Of a DNA stretch of 64,000 nt, positions 60,708 to 64,000 are shown piece after piece; positions within the stretch are counted from its first letter, which is position 1, and every line of letters begins with the position of its first letter. Origin of the DNA: Promethearchaeota archaeon. GTDB lineage: Archaea > Asgardarchaeota > Lokiarchaeia > Sigyniarchaeales > SOKP01. The notes below the pieces were generated by a model that made no database searches, was not told where the DNA came from, and was given only the letters and a program-made list of their open reading frames with translations. The stretch covers positions 1 to 64,000 of the forward strand of contig JBHLON010000007.1 of assembly GCA_048940445.1 (NCBI GenBank). Reading direction: 5' to 3'. Position numbers and translations under genes: made by a program.

Positions 60708-61229
60708 CTACGGTTTATCTTCTTCAAGTTTATTAATTTTTATAATTCTTTCAACTACTTTGATTACTCCATTTTCTATCCTTTGTAAAACTTTTTTATA
60801 CTCATTTTGATCTAAATTAAACGGATCTTTTATATCTAAGTTTTCTGTTTCACCAGCAAACTCTAATAATAAGAATAATTTATTATCCAGACCTTGTAAG
60901 TTCTTATATTTTCTCTTTAATTTATCGATATGTCTTTTTCTTTCAAACCCAATGATAAGATCTTGTTTTTTTAGTAATTTTTCATCAATTCTTTTAGCTT
61001 TAAAATCGGAAATGTCTATATTTTTAGATTTAAGATAATTGACAGTACCTTCCTGAGGGCGGTCGTAATAATGATAAATTCCTGCTGAATCGAATACAAC
61101 TTCTTTTAGGTCTTCTTTATACTTATTTTTTTGGAGCCATTTTGAAAAGTATTCTGCAAATGGACTCCTACATGTGTTTCCTGCACAAAACCACAATACA
61201 CGATGGATTCTGGTCATTTTATCTATCAA
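60708..61229 (-). CDS. Low-molecular-weight protein tyrosine phosphatase (uninterrupted paralog)
   Basis: WFCAGNTCRSP, DSAG, DLIIGFE, DIKDPF. Confidence 0.9.
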   Translation of the reverse strand: MIDKMTRIHRVLWFCAGNTCRSPFAEYFSKWLQKNKYKEDLKEVVFDSAGIYHYYDRPQEGTVNYLKSKNIDISDFKAKRIDEKLLKKQDLIIGFERKRHIDKLKRKYKNLQGLDNKLFLLLEFAGETENLDIKDPFNLDQNEYKKVLQRIENGVIKVVERIIKINKLEEDKP

Positions 61230-61518
61230 ATAAATCTTTTTGAGAAAAATTACATATAATTATTGAACCTTATTCAAAAAAATGCTAAGAATATAAAAAA
61301 AATTCCTAAGCAGAAAAAGCTTTATTTCTTTAAATTTCCTTTTAAAGTAATTTAAATTTGAATAAAATTAATAAGAATAAAATTGTTGTCTCGGAAATTT
61401 TTCTAATTTTTTTAATTTCTAAGAAAAAAATATTAATTTCTGTTAATCTTTTGGATATTAATTTAATTATTTGTAATTTTAAAATTCGCGGAAATTAAAT
61501 CGTGAATGTTGAATTCCC

Positions 61519-63090
61519 TTGAGAATTAAAACTGATATTTTAATAGTAGGAGGAGGAGTCTCTGGATTAACATTAGCAATTAAATTAGCACAATTAATAC
61601 CAGATCAGGATATTCTATTAATTACAAAAGAAAGTTGTAAAGAATCAAATACATTTTATGCCCAAGGTGGTATTGCGTGTGTATGGAATAAAGATGATAG
61701 TTTTGAAAAACATATTCAAGACACTCTAATTGCTGGAGATGGTTTATGCGATGAAAATATTGTCAAGAAAATAATTACTCAAGCGCCAGAAAGAATAAAA
61801 GAATTAATCGACTTGGGTGTTGAATTTACTCATAATGATAATGGAGATTATGATCTTGGTAAGGAAGGAGGCCATTCAGAAAGACGGATACTTCATGTAA
61901 ATGATTTAACAGGCCAAAATATAGCGTTAAAGCTAATTGAAGAAGCAAAAAAATATGATAATATAGAGATTAAGGAATATTGGGTTGGAATTAACTTATT
62001 TTCAAACAACTTCAGATGCGATGGATTATATGTCTTGGATCAGAATAAAGATGATATTCATAATATTGCATCCAAAGTAACTATTTTAGCTACTGGTGGA
62101 GCTGGTAAAATTTATCTTTATACAACAAACCCAGATGTTGCCTCTGGAGATGGAATTGCTATGGCGTATCGAGCGGGAGCTATAATTGCAAATATGGAAT
62201 TTTATCAATTCCATCCCACATGTTTATATCACCCATTTGCCAAGTCTCTTCTAATTACTGAGGCGATGCGGGGTGAGGGAGCCGTTCTTAAGGATTTGAA
62301 AGGAAATGCATTTATGCAGAAGTATCATCCTTTAAAGGAATTAGCTCCCCGTGACATTGTGTCTAGGGCCATAGATTCTGAGCTTAAAAAATCTGGAGAT
62401 GATCATGTTTACTTGGATATTGCATCATATAAGAATACCGATTTTATTAAGAACCATTTCCCCGGAGTTTATGAGGCTTGTAAGAATTTCAATATAGATA
62501 TTACTAAAGAACCAATTCCTGTGGTTCCAGCAGCACATTATTGTTGTGGAGGTGTATTAACTAAACTTGATGGATCTACAAAAGTTAAAAATTTATATGT
62601 TATTGGAGAATCTGCATGTACGGGGTTACATGGAGCAAATCGATTAGCTAGTAATTCTTTATTAGAAGGACTTGTATGTGCCCATGAATGTGCAAATACT
62701 CTCGCAAAAAAGATAAGAGATTTAAAAGTTAACGAATTTAAGGAATGGGAACATGGACATGCTGTACCCTCGACAGAAGCGGTTGTTATTACCCAGAATT
62801 GGGATGAAATACGCAGATTCTGTTGGAACTACGTTGGAATTGTTCGAACTGATTTACGACTACAAAGAGCCAAAAAGAGAATAAATTTGCTTCTTGATGA
62901 GATTAATCAATATTATTGGGATTTTAAAATCGAAAGGGATCTGCTTGAATTAAGAAATTTAGCAACCGTGGCAAAAATAATAATAGTGAGTGCAATCTCC
63001 AGAAAAGAAAGTCGTGGGATACATTATAATCTTGATTATCCGAATAAATCAGCAATGAGTAGAATGACTACTCTCAGAAGACCTTGGTAA
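61519..63090 (+). CDS. nadB: L-aspartate oxidase
   Basis: SNTFYAQGGIA, EGGHSERRILH, QFHPT, TEAMRGEG, LAPRDIV, AAHYCCGG, GLHGANRLASNSLLE, ESRGIHY. Confidence 0.95.
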   Translation: MRIKTDILIVGGGVSGLTLAIKLAQLIPDQDILLITKESCKESNTFYAQGGIACVWNKDDSFEKHIQDTLIAGDGLCDENIVKKIITQAPERIKELIDLGVEFTHNDNGDYDLGKEGGHSERRILHVNDLTGQNIALKLIEEAKKYDNIEIKEYWVGINLFSNNFRCDGLYVLDQNKDDIHNIASKVTILATGGAGKIYLYTTNPDVASGDGIAMAYRAGAIIANMEFYQFHPTCLYHPFAKSLLITEAMRGEGAVLKDLKGNAFMQKYHPLKELAPRDIVSRAIDSELKKSGDDHVYLDIASYKNTDFIKNHFPGVYEACKNFNIDITKEPIPVVPAAHYCCGGVLTKLDGSTKVKNLYVIGESACTGLHGANRLASNSLLEGLVCAHECANTLAKKIRDLKVNEFKEWEHGHAVPSTEAVVITQNWDEIRRFCWNYVGIVRTDLRLQRAKKRINLLLDEINQYYWDFKIERDLLELRNLATVAKIIIVSAISRKESRGIHYNLDYPNKSAMSRMTTLRRPW

Positions 63091-63178
63091 TTCTCATATT
63101 TTTAGATTTGTATAATTTTAAATGTTTATTCTCATTACATAAGCATAATTTGATATTCTTAAGAAAAGTGCCTTATAT

Positions 63179-63976
63179 TTGAATGTAGGAAAACGTATCA
63201 GAATTGAGCGAATAATTGATAGAAAGACTAAACGAACTATCATAATTCCCTTGGATCATGGACTTACTTTAGGTTCTATAAAAGGGTTGGAAGATTTGGC
63301 TAGTATGGTAGAAAAAGTCGCTTTAGGAGGAGCTAATGCTGTTTTGATGCATTCGGGCATGGTAGAAGCGGGACATAGAAGGTATGGGAAAGACATAGGA
63401 CTTATTATTCATCTATCAGGAGCCACAAATTTAGCGCCAGATCCGGATCGGAAAGTATTAGTCTGTTCTGTTGAAACAGCAGTAAAGATGGGTGCTGATG
63501 CTGTTTCAATCCATATAAACATTGGAGCAGATGAAGAACCACTTATGTTGCAAGATGCTCAGAAAGTAGTTCAAGCTGCAAGGAAATGGGGTATGCCTCT
63601 ACTAGCGATGATGTATCCTAGAGGCCAAAAAATCACGAATGAAAATGATCCTGAAGTAGTAAATATTGCCGTTAGGGTAGGAGCAGAATTAGGAGCGGAT
63701 ATTGTTAAAACTAATTATACAGGAGATATTGACTCATTCAAGTATATTGTAAAAAGTGTACCAATTCCAGTATTAATTGCTGGAGGACCAAAAATGGATA
63801 CGAGTGTTGATCTTCTTCAAGTTGCTTATGAATCTGTTCAAGCAGGCGGTATAGGAGTAGCATTTGGTAGAAATGTGTTTCAATCAGAAGATCCTACAAA
63901 GTTAGTCAGTGCATTAACAAAAATTATCCATCAAAATTATACTGTAGAAGAAGTACTTAAGGAATATGAATTCTAA
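63179..63976 (+). CDS. DhnA-type class I aldolase, probably 2-amino-3,7-dideoxy-D-threo-hept-6-ulosonate synthase (or archaeal FBP aldolase)
   Basis: GKRIRIERI..PLDHG, IIHLSG, AMMYPRG, ELGADIVKT (Schiff-base Lys), IAGG, GRNVFQ. Confidence 0.85.
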   Translation: MNVGKRIRIERIIDRKTKRTIIIPLDHGLTLGSIKGLEDLASMVEKVALGGANAVLMHSGMVEAGHRRYGKDIGLIIHLSGATNLAPDPDRKVLVCSVETAVKMGADAVSIHINIGADEEPLMLQDAQKVVQAARKWGMPLLAMMYPRGQKITNENDPEVVNIAVRVGAELGADIVKTNYTGDIDSFKYIVKSVPIPVLIAGGPKMDTSVDLLQVAYESVQAGGIGVAFGRNVFQSEDPTKLVSALTKIIHQNYTVEEVLKEYEF

Positions 63977-64000
63977 TAAAAGTAATAAAAATAAAAACAT

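Noticed and set aside
61484-61507. Imperfect inverted repeat ATTCGCG-N10-CGTGAAT upstream of nadB
   Set aside because: Could be an operator or 5' hairpin, but it is a single short instance with no second copy found; insufficient support.

Overview
AT-rich, gene-dense archaeal DNA that looks like Asgard archaea (Lokiarchaeia-like). This is inferred from a geranylgeranyl reductase, gelsolin-like and longin-like proteins, and UGA-recoded HdrA/MvhD followed by a eukaryote-type SECIS. The left part holds energy metabolism genes: NfnA plus an FrhB/FpoF-NfnB fusion, a tungsten AOR with its ferredoxin, a P3A H+-ATPase, and an hdrA(2 Sec)-mvhD(2 Sec)-SECIS-fdhB-like-polyferredoxin operon that the ORF track breaks up or misses. 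The middle holds transporters, class I GAPDH, peptidases and lipid enzymes. From 38.6 to 56.3 kb is a cluster of paralogous membrane-anchored surface proteins sharing a conserved cytoplasmic tail, interleaved with gelsolin-like and longin-like genes. The right end holds beta-oxidation genes, a gelsolin+X protein, two LMW protein tyrosine phosphatases, nadB and a DhnA-type aldolase. Top finding: one LMW-PTP gene has a 21-nt, stop-containing insert in its catalytic P-loop that forms a bulge-helix-bulge motif. Cutting at the canonical tRNA-endonuclease positions exactly restores CTGNTARS, making it a candidate tRNA-type mRNA intron. No rRNA, tRNA, CRISPR array or IS element was recognised. All calls come from reading motifs by eye; no searches were run.
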